Shown: in pieces, positions 1-9,876 of the stretch | Numbering within the stretch: the stretch's first letter is position 1 | How the letters are laid out: each line of letters opens with the position of its first letter | DNA from: Candidatus Obscuribacteraceae bacterium | GTDB taxonomy: Bacteria > Cyanobacteriota > Vampirovibrionia > Obscuribacterales > Obscuribacteraceae | Length of the DNA: 64,000 nt | Reading direction: 5' to 3' | NCBI GenBank assembly: GCA_044226015.1 | Contig: JBGAHS010000004.1 | Span: forward strand, 320,001-384,000 | Notes under the pieces: generated by a model | The model's input: the letters and a program-made list of their open reading frames with translations, nothing else | Database searches by the model: none | What the model was told of the DNA's origin: nothing | Translations under genes and position numbers: made by a program

Positions 1-1
1 G

Positions 2-112
2 CGTGATAATTCAGCTCTGCCGCAAGAAAATTTTGATCCTAAAAGTGCAGAAGCTAATAATTCTTCGATTGTCAAGATGTCGGTTCTACCGTTCAACTCA
101 TCTCCGGTCTGA
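2..112 (+). CDS. possible 3' end of a gene truncated by the window edge
   Basis: Frame is open from base 2 (RDNSALPQENFDPK...SSPV) to TGA at 110-112 and is followed by an AT-rich spacer; no homology evidence. Confidence 0.35.
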   Translation, partial: RDNSALPQENFDPKSAEANNSSIVKMSVLPFNSSPV

Positions 113-276
113 TATAAACCGAAACAGACGATAGTAGAAATTTCTTAGATATATTTCTGCTTTCTTTTAGCTATGTGTCGCAAGCCTTTTGGGCAAACGA
201 CTCGATACGTGACATCCTGACTACCTTGCCGTATATGGTAAAGTGGTAGCATCCGCCTGCCTTAAGGAGACAGCAG

Positions 277-690
277 ATGTCCTCGCGGTTTTTACCAATT
301 TTGATAAGTTCTCTTGCACTTGTACTTCCACTAAGTGCGTCCGCTGCTACCAAATCTGGTGCTTCTAAGACTCAAGCAGCAAAGAGTAAATCTAAAACAT
401 CGCACGCCGCTGATCGACGCACACGTCATATGTCGAGCCGCCTCGTGCCTCCACCGCCTGCTTACATGCCTTCTATTCTCCCTGAGTTGTATTATCGTGG
501 TCCTCTTGCTGAAGAGGAAGAAGAAGAAGCTGCTGATTCCGAGGCAGCTCCAGCTAAGCCAAAGAATCCCTATTCTAAGTATTTCTATTCAAGAGATAAT
601 GCCGTTCCAAAAGCCGTTAAAGCTAGAAGTGGTGTTACCACTTGGACCTCTGGGTCGAACGTGAGTGGCGTGACAACTTGGTCTCGGTAA
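277..690 (+). CDS. secreted hypothetical protein
   Basis: AAGGAG RBS; signal peptide ending ASA; Lys-rich then acidic low-complexity segments; C-terminal SGVTTW motif occurs twice. Confidence 0.8.
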   Translation: MSSRFLPILISSLALVLPLSASAATKSGASKTQAAKSKSKTSHAADRRTRHMSSRLVPPPPAYMPSILPELYYRGPLAEEEEEEAADSEAAPAKPKNPYSKYFYSRDNAVPKAVKARSGVTTWTSGSNVSGVTTWSR

Positions 691-860
691 GCCGTTAAAA
701 GCCTGTGTTCCTTCTACAAGTTCGCTTGAACTTGAAACTATCGCTGTGCTAAATTGCCCTTGCTTCCTTGTGGCACATAGCATTTCGCATATCTGATCTG
801 CATGCGTAATGCTCCGGGAAGCATTATTTCAAGGCTTGTTGAAGAGCACAGGAAATCTAC

Positions 861-3800
861 ATGGACGCAGCTGAGTTTAGAAGAAAAGTAATTCTTGCCC
901 GAATAGTCGCATTAGCAGTGGTGTTGCTGCTGATTGCAATAGCGATATTTTTTACCTGGTCGGGCAGTGAGTCTGGAATAGTTTCAAAGGCTGAGATCAC
1001 CTTGAAGTCCGACCATTCCGAGAAGAATATGCTTGAGTCATTAGACCATGCTGAAAAATTCTCGCGTGAGGGCAAGAAGGATTCAGCTCAACGAATCGAA
1101 GCTGCGGTCGACAAGTCGGTGATTGGTTCCACTGCAGACCCTCAAGGTGTGGCAAAGACATATCTTGAGTTAGCTCAAGAACTGAAGAAACGTGGCGATA
1201 ACAACTATGCTCAGATTTACGCTTTTAAGACGTTAAAGACGCTAGAAGATCTCTTTGCTAAGGAACGAGCCAGCAACAATGTTGGTAGCCTTGCTGTTAT
1301 GTTTGATACCGCTGATAGTGCCGCTGCCTTACTGGTGCAGCTGAACAAGCCACTGAACGCTGCTGAATTGAAGACTGCTTTGGCTGTGGCAAACGCAGAA
1401 GAGCACTATATTCTGCGTGACGCGAAGGACCATTTGCTAGATCTGTGTATCAGCTCTGCCGAGAAAACTTCGGCAGCTGCAAGTGACGAACTAGTGAAAT
1501 GTTATTTCAACAAGGACATCGAATTTGCTCGCCAGGGTCAACCTGAAGAACTAGAGAAAATGCTAGCGAAGGCAAAAGACCTTTGTTCTAAATTACAAGA
1601 CCCCAGTACAGTTCGCCCATCGCCAGAACCTTGCTTGTTGCAGCACTACATTAATATTGCTGCTGCAATCGAGAATAACAGTCTGCTTGCGTCCAAGTAC
1701 CTGGGCTATGCTGATGATTTGCTTGCTCGAATAGATGTGAGCAAGCTGGATGAAAACCAGAAGCTAGCTCTTACAGATTCCTTATCGCAAATGTCTCGGG
1801 CGTATTTGGTGATTGATGAAAAGTCGAAAGCTCTGAGTCTTGCTAAACAAGCTGCGACAATTCGTCCTCTGCAAGATGCTGCAAGTGCCTCGGCTGTGAA
1901 TCAACTTCTTGCAGTTTTTGTTGCGGAAAAACATTATCGAGAGGCAGAACCAGTTGCGGCAAAAGCATACAAGTTCTACAAGGCTAATACTGAAGATGCC
2001 GCCATTCAAGCAGCCCGCGGCGAGTTCATTATTCAGTACTTTCCCGCTCTGGTTGGTTTGCAAAAAACTAGCACTGCTATCAGCATACTTAACGACGAAA
2101 TCAAGCTGCAAAAGAAGCTGCTTCCTGCTTCAGTTTCGACTGTCGTAAATCTGCAATGCCGTCTGGCTGATTATTATGTGAGCAAGAATATGCTCAAAGC
2201 TGCGGCTGATTGTGCGCAGAAAATGGCTGATGCATCTAAGATGATGTCCGGCGACGAAAGGCTCAAGCTGAACTTGATGCTGATTGATTATGCCACCAAA
2301 ACCAAAACTCCGTCTTTGGCTGTTAATGCTAGCAAAGATGCAGTTTCATACATAAATAAGAATCGACGTTCAGCAGTGGGTCCTGATTTAATCGAGGGAC
2401 TCTGCTCGGCTCTTGATTCGATCAAGAAGAACGATTCTGACGATACATATACACAGGCAGTGGATTTGATTAAAACCGGCTTTGTCCAGCAGCTATCAGC
2501 TCCGAATTGTGACCCCGTGCTATTGGCAAAGGTGATTAATACGCTAGGCACCTCGGGTGAAGAAAAAGATGCAGATGCGCTTAGAACGCAAGCCAAAGAG
2601 AAGTTGCCTGCAGCCAAAGCCTCGACATTCCTTGCTCAGAGTATGGATTTTGTTGTGAACGGCGAACAAGACTCTGCGCAATACTCAGAGCCAAAAAATG
2701 CCATCAAGGTCTATATGGATATGGCAAAGAGCATGTCCGGCAAAGACGACGAGTCAGCGTTCAAGAATGCTTTTGAAGCGATAAAAATTGTACATGTTCT
2801 TGCTCAGAAGAATGCAGACCTACCCGAAGATTTGCTTGCCACTATGGATGATGCTTCTGCCATCATGATCACGTGTCGCAAACAGGTACCTGATGATGAT
2901 CAGCTCAAGGTATTAACTGAACTCTCAAGTCTTGAAGAAAATTACATTCGCAACAGTGGCAAAGGACGCATTCTTGATTTGACGCTGGTTTCTCACGCCA
3001 AAAGGCACACTCGCGCTACGGACAATCTGCTTTCGCTAATGCTTTTGCGTGACGAAATGCTGGCGAAGAAAGGTCAGGTTGCGGCTCTTGATGCTCAACT
3101 TAATCAGACGAGAGAAGCTATATCTGAGTTGCATCCTGATGGTGCTGCTTACGAAACCAATGTGAGTTTTGCCAAACATCTCGTCGATATTGCTGATCAA
3201 CTGACACAGCATAAGGAATCGTTTACTGCTAGAAAATTCTTGAACGCTGCAAGAAAGACACTTGATGATATTGCTTCAGAACAATCCAGTCGGCTTGCAG
3301 AGTACAATCAAGCAAAAGCAGCAGCAGCAAAAGCTGCTGCTACTCCGGGAGTCAGCCCTGATGCGAACAAGCCATTGCCTGCTGCTCCGCCACCGGTTGA
3401 TCGCATAAGATTAGGTGATTTGTGGAACCGTGTCTCGGTTTTGTATGCTCGTGCTGGCGACTCTCAGAGTGCGTTGGCATCGGCAAAGAAAGCTGTTGCT
3501 TTGCGTCCGATGCAGGATGCTTCAAGTGTGCGAATGACTTTGAACCTCGTGGATAGGCTCACTGAGGCTGGAGCATACGGAGAGTCAGAGCAACTTGCAG
3601 CCGACGCTTACAATTTTTGTAAAGCGAGAACTTCTCCTGATTATTTGCCCTTGCATATTTTTGCTGCTAAAAAGCTTTTACAAATAGAACGCCAATTGCA
3701 CCGAGATTCTAATGTTGATGCTCTTGCGAGATCAGAATTCACGATGTTGAAAGATCTTCCGGGGGCTCAACTTACTTCTGCCAACGATATGCTTGCTGAT

Positions 3801-4379
3801 CTTGCGGATTACTTTGTGGCGCACCAGGATGCTGCCTCTGCGGCTGTGTGCATTGCGAAAATTCAGGAGAGTCAAGCTGCATTGAAACCTGAGCAAAGGG
3901 CCGCCTGGGACAGGGCTGGTGGCTTGTCGCGCTTATTGGTGTTGTCGCTGAGAATTCGAAATCCTAAATTAGCGGCTGCAGAGGTCAATGAGTTGAGCAA
4001 CTCTCGCGTCGTAGACCGTGGAAATGCCGTAAACACACCGTTGAAATGGTGGCCAAATGCAATGGTGACATTCCGCCGTAGCGGAGAAGAGAAAGCCTAT
4101 AAGCAAGTACTCGGATTGCTTGGTGATAACTTCAAGCAGGAATTGAGCAAGCCTTCGCCGGATGCAGCCGCTCTGGGAGATCTACTTAGCGAGTTGAGTA
4201 GCATCGGTGAGACTGATGGTGCACAGAATTTGCGTTCACTTGCTCTGGCAAAACTCTCTGATGCCGACAAAGAAGTACTAAACACACATTGCAAGAATCT
4301 TCCAGCTGATGCTGCTGGCGCGAAAGATGATAATCGGACGCCAGATATGCCGGACGCAAGCACCAACACTGGACAGTAA
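861..4379 (+). CDS. membrane-anchored alpha-helical (TPR-like) protein with internal duplication
   Basis: 1172-aa ORF, N-terminal TM helix, Ala/Leu-rich helical repeats, two homologous halves. Confidence 0.85.
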   Translation: MDAAEFRRKVILARIVALAVVLLLIAIAIFFTWSGSESGIVSKAEITLKSDHSEKNMLESLDHAEKFSREGKKDSAQRIEAAVDKSVIGSTADPQGVAKTYLELAQELKKRGDNNYAQIYAFKTLKTLEDLFAKERASNNVGSLAVMFDTADSAAALLVQLNKPLNAAELKTALAVANAEEHYILRDAKDHLLDLCISSAEKTSAAASDELVKCYFNKDIEFARQGQPEELEKMLAKAKDLCSKLQDPSTVRPSPEPCLLQHYINIAAAIENNSLLASKYLGYADDLLARIDVSKLDENQKLALTDSLSQMSRAYLVIDEKSKALSLAKQAATIRPLQDAASASAVNQLLAVFVAEKHYREAEPVAAKAYKFYKANTEDAAIQAARGEFIIQYFPALVGLQKTSTAISILNDEIKLQKKLLPASVSTVVNLQCRLADYYVSKNMLKAAADCAQKMADASKMMSGDERLKLNLMLIDYATKTKTPSLAVNASKDAVSYINKNRRSAVGPDLIEGLCSALDSIKKNDSDDTYTQAVDLIKTGFVQQLSAPNCDPVLLAKVINTLGTSGEEKDADALRTQAKEKLPAAKASTFLAQSMDFVVNGEQDSAQYSEPKNAIKVYMDMAKSMSGKDDESAFKNAFEAIKIVHVLAQKNADLPEDLLATMDDASAIMITCRKQVPDDDQLKVLTELSSLEENYIRNSGKGRILDLTLVSHAKRHTRATDNLLSLMLLRDEMLAKKGQVAALDAQLNQTREAISELHPDGAAYETNVSFAKHLVDIADQLTQHKESFTARKFLNAARKTLDDIASEQSSRLAEYNQAKAAAAKAAATPGVSPDANKPLPAAPPPVDRIRLGDLWNRVSVLYARAGDSQSALASAKKAVALRPMQDASSVRMTLNLVDRLTEAGAYGESEQLAADAYNFCKARTSPDYLPLHIFAAKKLLQIERQLHRDSNVDALARSEFTMLKDLPGAQLTSANDMLADLADYFVAHQDAASAAVCIAKIQESQAALKPEQRAAWDRAGGLSRLLVLSLRIRNPKLAAAEVNELSNSRVVDRGNAVNTPLKWWPNAMVTFRRSGEEKAYKQVLGLLGDNFKQELSKPSPDAAALGDLLSELSSIGETDGAQNLRSLALAKLSDADKEVLNTHCKNLPADAAGAKDDNRTPDMPDASTNTGQ

Positions 4380-4534
4380 GCGTAGCTAATGTAAAAGTAG
4401 TGCAGCCAAAACAAGAATTGCGAAAATCACCAGCCCCAGCCAGTCAGCTCCCTTAAGCTTTTCAAACTTTACTGGAAAATGAGGTAGGCTCGTTTCGTGC
4501 TCGGTATGTTCATGTTTTTCGCTTTCAGACATAG

Positions 4535-4619
4535 GTACCTGGTGGCTTCGGAGTGCTGGTAGCGCGTATCCTGGCGGCTTCGGGAGCTGGACGCGCCGCT
4601 ATCCTGGCGGCTTTGGGGC
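4535..4619. repeat. REP-like palindromic cluster (3 degenerate units)
   Basis: GCCGCTATCCTGGCGGC at 4595-4611 plus two degenerate upstream units, between convergent genes. Confidence 0.7.
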
Positions 4620-4633
4620 AATATGTATAGCCT

Positions 4634-5668
4634 CTAGGGCTGCATGTGATGCTGTAGTTGCGACGCTCTCGCGCTGATTATTTGATGCAATTGAGCTATT
4701 TGCCCGCGTACAGCATTGATGGATTCCTCGCCTGCTTGTCCCTGAGATTGCTGTATCTGACGGCATGTCTCATCGATTTTTTGGAACAGCTGCAACGGAA
4801 AACGCGCGTTGTCGCCGTTCACTTGAAGCTGTCTGATTCGCTCAAGAACTTGTGCTCGCTCCTGGTATAAAGGTCCGTCAGAGAGCTGCAAATTCTCACC
4901 AAGGGCACCATTAGTAATACCGTCATTCTCACCGAATCTGGGAATTCTGTGATGATGTCGTGGTTGCGTCTCTAAATTAGCAGAATTTGTAGTACTAGTG
5001 GGGCTGCCATATGGCGCGAAAGCAGGGGCGACTGGCGGGAGACTCTCGTTGCCTGCGAAACTCTGATTTGATGTCGCCATGTATGGCAATCCTTTGTTCG
5101 AACTCGAAGAATTTGGATTGGTTTCACTAGCTATTGGACGAAAAACTTTGAACGACCCAGATTTTAAGTTGTGCATATCGATAGTCAGTGTTTGCACCGT
5201 GCGGTTTTGGGCAAAGTTCTGATGTAGAATTGTCACCCTTCCGTTATCATTGGTTTGAATTATTGCGGTGTGGTTGGGCCATCCGAGGTCAAACTCTGAC
5301 CAGCTTGTGGGAGACGATTCTTCAAAGTGGCAAGACTTGAATTGCATGATGTCGCCGGGCAACCAGGCTTCCTTTGACGAAAGTTCTTTTCCAAATACAT
5401 AATGGTCTGGGGGCTGTGCGCCTGCACTTTCCAGCGCCGCCGCAGCTAGTGTCCAGCACTCTCCATTACCGACTTGTTTGCCAAGGTTTTGCTGTGCGAA
5501 CTGCAGTACACTTGCGTTGAGCTGAGGCAGTTCGCCTTGTTGACCCACCTGCGCGAGTTCGTTGGACGATTGGTGTTTCTTTGCTTCGACCGTCGAAACA
5601 CAGAAGACCATAGAGGATAGAGCTAAAGTCAGCGACAGCACAAAAATTTGAGAACTCTTCTGTATCAT
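4634..5668 (-). CDS. secreted papain-fold (CHAP/NlpC-like) cysteine hydrolase domain protein with C-terminal helical domain
   Basis: Signal peptide; VGNGECWTLA Cys motif, PGDIMQF, HTAII His motif, ILHQN. Confidence 0.75.
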   Translation of the reverse strand: MIQKSSQIFVLSLTLALSSMVFCVSTVEAKKHQSSNELAQVGQQGELPQLNASVLQFAQQNLGKQVGNGECWTLAAAALESAGAQPPDHYVFGKELSSKEAWLPGDIMQFKSCHFEESSPTSWSEFDLGWPNHTAIIQTNDNGRVTILHQNFAQNRTVQTLTIDMHNLKSGSFKVFRPIASETNPNSSSSNKGLPYMATSNQSFAGNESLPPVAPAFAPYGSPTSTTNSANLETQPRHHHRIPRFGENDGITNGALGENLQLSDGPLYQERAQVLERIRQLQVNGDNARFPLQLFQKIDETCRQIQQSQGQAGEESINAVRGQIAQLHQIISARASQLQHHMQP

Positions 5669-5787
5669 TAATCAGAGCCATTCGTTAGTTACAGAATGAT
5701 TATAGACCGAGCTCATGAATTCTGCATGCGAAAGTTCGCTCTTCTGGATCGGTTTATGTGCTGGAAGTCTCCGGGGGCTTTATGAGA

Positions 5788-5878
5788 CTCAGAAGCCGCC
5801 AGGATGGCGGTGCTATCAGGTGTGCATCGCTCCAAGATGCCATCGCTCCAAGATGCCATCGCTCCCAAGATGCCATCG
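5788..5878. repeat. REP-like palindrome followed by 16-bp minisatellite
   Basis: CTCAGAAGCCGCCAGGATGGCGG, then CATCGCTCCAAGATGC x3 (5825-5873; third copy has one extra C). Confidence 0.75.
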
Positions 5879-5891
5879 GGCACTTGCTCTT

Positions 5892-6245
5892 TTACCCTCC
5901 GACGCCTTTCCGCGGTCCTGTGAAAATCAAGTTGATCACCGAGCTGCGGCGCTCAGTGTACGCTTTGCTGGTCTGTTTGATTGCATCCAGTAAATCCGGA
6001 TCTTCTGTGGAGTACACATACCCCCCATCTGTAAACTTTACGAGTCCATACTTAGAGTAGGTTCCGAGTGCAGCTTCGATGGCATCTTTCGAAATGTACA
6101 AAATGCCCGCTATTTCGCTGCTGTTGAGTGGTTTGCTGGCTGAAAGTAGCGCGAGTAACAGCTCTAGCTGCCAGACTGAGCGAATGTATCTACTTATAAA
6201 ATGTTGTACTTTACCTGTCACGGCAGTTTTATTATCCTCCACCAT
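5892..6245 (-). CDS. small winged-helix-like hypothetical protein
   Basis: 117 aa; HTH-like segment NSSEIAGILYISKDAIEAAL; ATG directly abuts the stop of the upstream gene. Confidence 0.7.
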   Translation of the reverse strand: MVEDNKTAVTGKVQHFISRYIRSVWQLELLLALLSASKPLNSSEIAGILYISKDAIEAALGTYSKYGLVKFTDGGYVYSTEDPDLLDAIKQTSKAYTERRSSVINLIFTGPRKGVGG

Positions 6246-7673
6246 TCACATCAATGCCTTTTCATCGCCTTCCAGTTGGACCTTTCTATGCCGTCCTGAA
6301 ATAAGCTGTATCCCTTCGTTTTTCGAACTCGTGAAAGTTTGCCACCATGCTGAAAGTTCATTTGCCTTGATAATAGATTTCATTGCTTCCATTCTCTTGG
6401 CTTTGTCACTTCTGCTTAGGTTCAGAGCAAGTTTGATTTGCTCAGCAAAACCTTCTGCATTTCCAGGTTCAACAGTTATTACATGCTCCTTTAACTGTTG
6501 CCAGATGCCCGCACCGGGTGACAGTATTAGTGCGCCATCGATGTTGCAACTGATATATTGCTTTGGTATCAAATTCAATCCATCTTTTATTGGCGAGACG
6601 ATCATTCCGATTGCGTTCTTGTACAGGAAGCAAAATTCAAGCGCAATCAGTGGTCTCTGAATCCAGACGATTGGATGCCAGTCATTGTTTCCCCACCGAG
6701 CGTTTATTTGTTTCACTTCAAACAAGCAACGATTCCAATATTGATCAAAAGCATCGAGTCCAATTCGGCTTGGCTGGCATACTTGAATGAAGCTAATTTG
6801 TCCGCGCGCATCCGGGTTATTTTCGAAATAGAGATCGATTGCTTTGATTCGTTCCAAAATTCCTTTCGTGTAATCTGAGCGATCAACCGATAGGAAGTAC
6901 GGAGTCGCAGTTGAATTGCTCAACTCAATGCCAGCACTGAGATAATTCGATTGCAGATTTGACTGTTCCCAGAACTCAACATCCAAGCCTACAGCCCGAG
7001 CGATTATCTGGCATGAGGTGTGCTGTTTTAGTGGAACTGTTTTTAGCCCAGACGATGATTTGACTGTTACGCGCAATTTGTCATAATCAACATCATACTG
7101 CTTCAAGTTTTTTTCGACGAAGCGCAAAAAGTTTATTGCATGTTCTTCGGTTTGAAATCCAAGCTTGTCGGCACCGAGCATGCCAGCCGCCAGCTCAGAA
7201 ATAACTGCGGTATGTTCTGCCGGCAGATTTTTGGTCCACGGTATGTGCCAAAACAGGCTTGTTCTCGTGCCTCTGTTTGCACTAAGAATTTGCGGTGTCA
7301 GGGCTAACTGATAATCTTGCGCGAAAAACTCCTGGGAGCCTTCAGGCGACACAGCCCTTATGACATTATGAGCGAAAGCCATGTTTAGATGCTCGAATTG
7401 TTTTCTATCGAGTTCGTTGTAAGTGGCATATTTTGGGAAGTCGTGCATTAAAGGCCAGATGAAGTTATTGCAAAAGCGATAGTGTCCATCGACGATGCTC
7501 GACGAAATGCGGCAAAAATATTTTGCCCGTTGATTCCGGGTTTTGTATGCTAAACCCATATTGCTTAGATACCACCAGCGGTCTACAGGGCTGCAATAGC
7601 GCTGAACTACTCGCGCAAGTGCAGACGAAATACTGCCGGAGTCTCCGGGTCCTCGATATGATAAAAGCTCCAC
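6246..7673 (-). CDS. otsA: trehalose-6-phosphate synthase-like glycosyltransferase (GT20)
   Basis: Motifs IWPLMH, QDYQL, FWHIPW, GFQT, VDRSDYTKG, DGLNL; AGAGGA RBS before GTG. Confidence 0.75.
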   Translation of the reverse strand: MELLSYRGPGDSGSISSALARVVQRYCSPVDRWWYLSNMGLAYKTRNQRAKYFCRISSSIVDGHYRFCNNFIWPLMHDFPKYATYNELDRKQFEHLNMAFAHNVIRAVSPEGSQEFFAQDYQLALTPQILSANRGTRTSLFWHIPWTKNLPAEHTAVISELAAGMLGADKLGFQTEEHAINFLRFVEKNLKQYDVDYDKLRVTVKSSSGLKTVPLKQHTSCQIIARAVGLDVEFWEQSNLQSNYLSAGIELSNSTATPYFLSVDRSDYTKGILERIKAIDLYFENNPDARGQISFIQVCQPSRIGLDAFDQYWNRCLFEVKQINARWGNNDWHPIVWIQRPLIALEFCFLYKNAIGMIVSPIKDGLNLIPKQYISCNIDGALILSPGAGIWQQLKEHVITVEPGNAEGFAEQIKLALNLSRSDKAKRMEAMKSIIKANELSAWWQTFTSSKNEGIQLISGRHRKVQLEGDEKALM

Positions 7674-7805
7674 CGTTTTTCCTCTGATAACAAATCTGTA
7701 TCGATTTCCACAAACTCAGTCTAGCGTTTCACCATTTCATGAAGATTTCACTAGATGAACTCGCCGAAAAGCGCGGTATGATAGCCTTAGAGAGGATGTT
7801 GCTAT

Positions 7806-8480
7806 ATGAAAATCTTGCTTGCCGAAGACGATAGATTTTTAGCCGAAGGCTTGTCTATGATTCTCCGCGATAATGGTTATGCGGTGGATATTGCGCCTAC
7901 AGGTCCAGAAGCGGACCTTGCCCTGTCGGTTAGCGACTATGACTTGCTGATTTTAGATCTTGGTCTTCCCAAAATGGATGGCTTAGAGGTAATGCGAAGG
8001 GCAAGAGGACGTGCCTGTGCAATGCCGATTCTCATTCTTACGGCAAGAGATCGGCTTGAAGACCGTGTTGCCGGTTTAGATCTAGGAGCGAATGATTACA
8101 TCACCAAGCCTTTTGAATTGCCGGAATTAGAAGCGAGAATTCGAGCACTTTTGCGGAAAGATTTGTGGTCAAATCGAACGCAGGTTCGCTTTTCAAATCT
8201 TGAGTTCAACACCGTTACGCGTGTTGCAAAAGTAGCTGGGCAAAGCATTGAATTGTCAGCGCGAGAACTCGCCGTTTTGGAGTGCCTGCTGCAGCGAATT
8301 GGTCGGCTCGTCAATAAAGATCAGTTGGTTGCTTCTCTTTCCAGCTGGGAGGAAGATCTCTCACATAATGCACTGGGCATCACTGTGCACAGGTTGCGAA
8401 AAAAACTGGAACAATACGGCATAACTGTGCGAGCAATTCGTGGTCTCGGTTACAGACTGGAAACATTGACTGCTGAATGA
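7806..8480 (+). CDS. OmpR-family response regulator (TctD/QseB-like)
   Basis: Receiver motifs AEDD, LDLGLP, GANDYITKPF; winged-helix C-terminus RGLGY. Confidence 0.92.
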   Translation: MKILLAEDDRFLAEGLSMILRDNGYAVDIAPTGPEADLALSVSDYDLLILDLGLPKMDGLEVMRRARGRACAMPILILTARDRLEDRVAGLDLGANDYITKPFELPELEARIRALLRKDLWSNRTQVRFSNLEFNTVTRVAKVAGQSIELSARELAVLECLLQRIGRLVNKDQLVASLSSWEEDLSHNALGITVHRLRKKLEQYGITVRAIRGLGYRLETLTAE

Positions 8481-8499
8481 CTTATTACAAGGATAGGCG

Positions 8500-9876
8500 A
8501 TGAAGAGAATTGCTCATAACTCGATTCGCGGTCATCTGCTCAAGTGGCTATTGCTGCCGCTTTGCACAATCTGGATCATAACAACTATAGTGGGATATTT
8601 TCTGACCGTGAGTTTTGCAAATGCTTTTCATGATCATCACATGCTGAACTCGGCAGATTCGGTTATCGCCAGAATCAAAACCGTAGACAATCATGTTTCA
8701 ATCGACTTGCCACCAGCAGCGCAGGCCATTCTTCGATATAACCATCTTGATAAATTTTACTATCAGGTCATCAAGAAAGACGGTACCAGGCTATCGGGTG
8801 ATGCGGTAATTCCTGGACCATATCCACATCTTGATGCCAAAGGACCTGTTTTTCGTGACTCGCAGATGAACGGTGAGGACGTGAGGATTTTGAGGCAGCG
8901 AGTCGTGGTGCGAGGCTTCGATGAACCGGTATTCGTTCAAGTGGCAGAGACTTTAAATGGACGTCGTGACCTCATTGCAAGAATAATGATTAGCATTATC
9001 GCACCTCAAATTTTGTTGATTTTTCTTGGCGCTATTGCTGTATCAATGGGCATTTCTAGAGGCTTGCTTCCGCTCAAAACTCTTGAGATGGAACTTGCGC
9101 GCCGCACCCAATTCGATTTGACTGAGGTGTCTGATGTAAACGCACCACTGGAGGTGCTTCCACTGGTCAACGAAATCAATGCTCTTTTACACAGATTGCG
9201 TATGGATATTGAGTTTCAAAAGCGATTTGTTGCAAATGCTGCTCATCAGTTTCGCACGCCACTTGCCGCGTTGAAAACATACATCTATGCTGCTAAGCGT
9301 TTGCCTTCCGATAAGCATATGAATGAAGTGTTGGATAGGATTGACTCAGGGACAAACCGTATGACGCATCTTGCCAATAAACTCCTGGTGCTGGCGAAAG
9401 CTGAACCGAATAATACAGAGACTGAGCATACCGAAGTTGATATGAACTTCATCGCCTCAGAAGTTACTGCTGAACTGGTCAGTGAGGCTGTGCAAAAGAA
9501 TATTGATCTTTCATTCTCTGGTTCGGATATGCCAGCTCTGATATCAGGCAATCCACTGAATTTGACTGAACTTACTAGCAATCTTATCGAGAATGCGATT
9601 CTTTATACTCCTGATGGTGGCAAGATAACTGTCGCCGTTTTGAATTCTGGAAAGGTTTCTCTTGAAGTTTCCGACAATGGTCCGGGAATTCCAGAAGAAG
9701 AGCGTGAACGTGTCTTCGAGAGGTTTTACCGCATTCTCGGCACTGAGGCTCCTGGCAGTGGATTAGGACTCGCGATCGTCAAAGAAATCGCTTCTGCTCA
9801 TGAAGCGGAGGTAGTCATAGATAGCGCACCAAGTGGAAGTGGAACAAGAGTCACTGTTTCGTTCCCACTCCTCTAA
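8500..9876 (+). CDS. sensor histidine kinase (TctE/QseC-like)
   Basis: Two TM segments; H-box ANAAHQFRTPL; N box NLIENA; G boxes DNGPG and GSGLGL. Confidence 0.92.
   Translation: MKRIAHNSIRGHLLKWLLLPLCTIWIITTIVGYFLTVSFANAFHDHHMLNSADSVIARIKTVDNHVSIDLPPAAQAILRYNHLDKFYYQVIKKDGTRLSGDAVIPGPYPHLDAKGPVFRDSQMNGEDVRILRQRVVVRGFDEPVFVQVAETLNGRRDLIARIMISIIAPQILLIFLGAIAVSMGISRGLLPLKTLEMELARRTQFDLTEVSDVNAPLEVLPLVNEINALLHRLRMDIEFQKRFVANAAHQFRTPLAALKTYIYAAKRLPSDKHMNEVLDRIDSGTNRMTHLANKLLVLAKAEPNNTETEHTEVDMNFIASEVTAELVSEAVQKNIDLSFSGSDMPALISGNPLNLTELTSNLIENAILYTPDGGKITVAVLNSGKVSLEVSDNGPGIPEEERERVFERFYRILGTEAPGSGLGLAIVKEIASAHEAEVVIDSAPSGSGTRVTVSFPLL

Noticed and set aside
5825..5878. Mini CRISPR array (also considered 4535-4619 and 46956-47023)
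   Set aside because: Units are directly tandem or degenerate, lack unique spacers, and no cas genes are present
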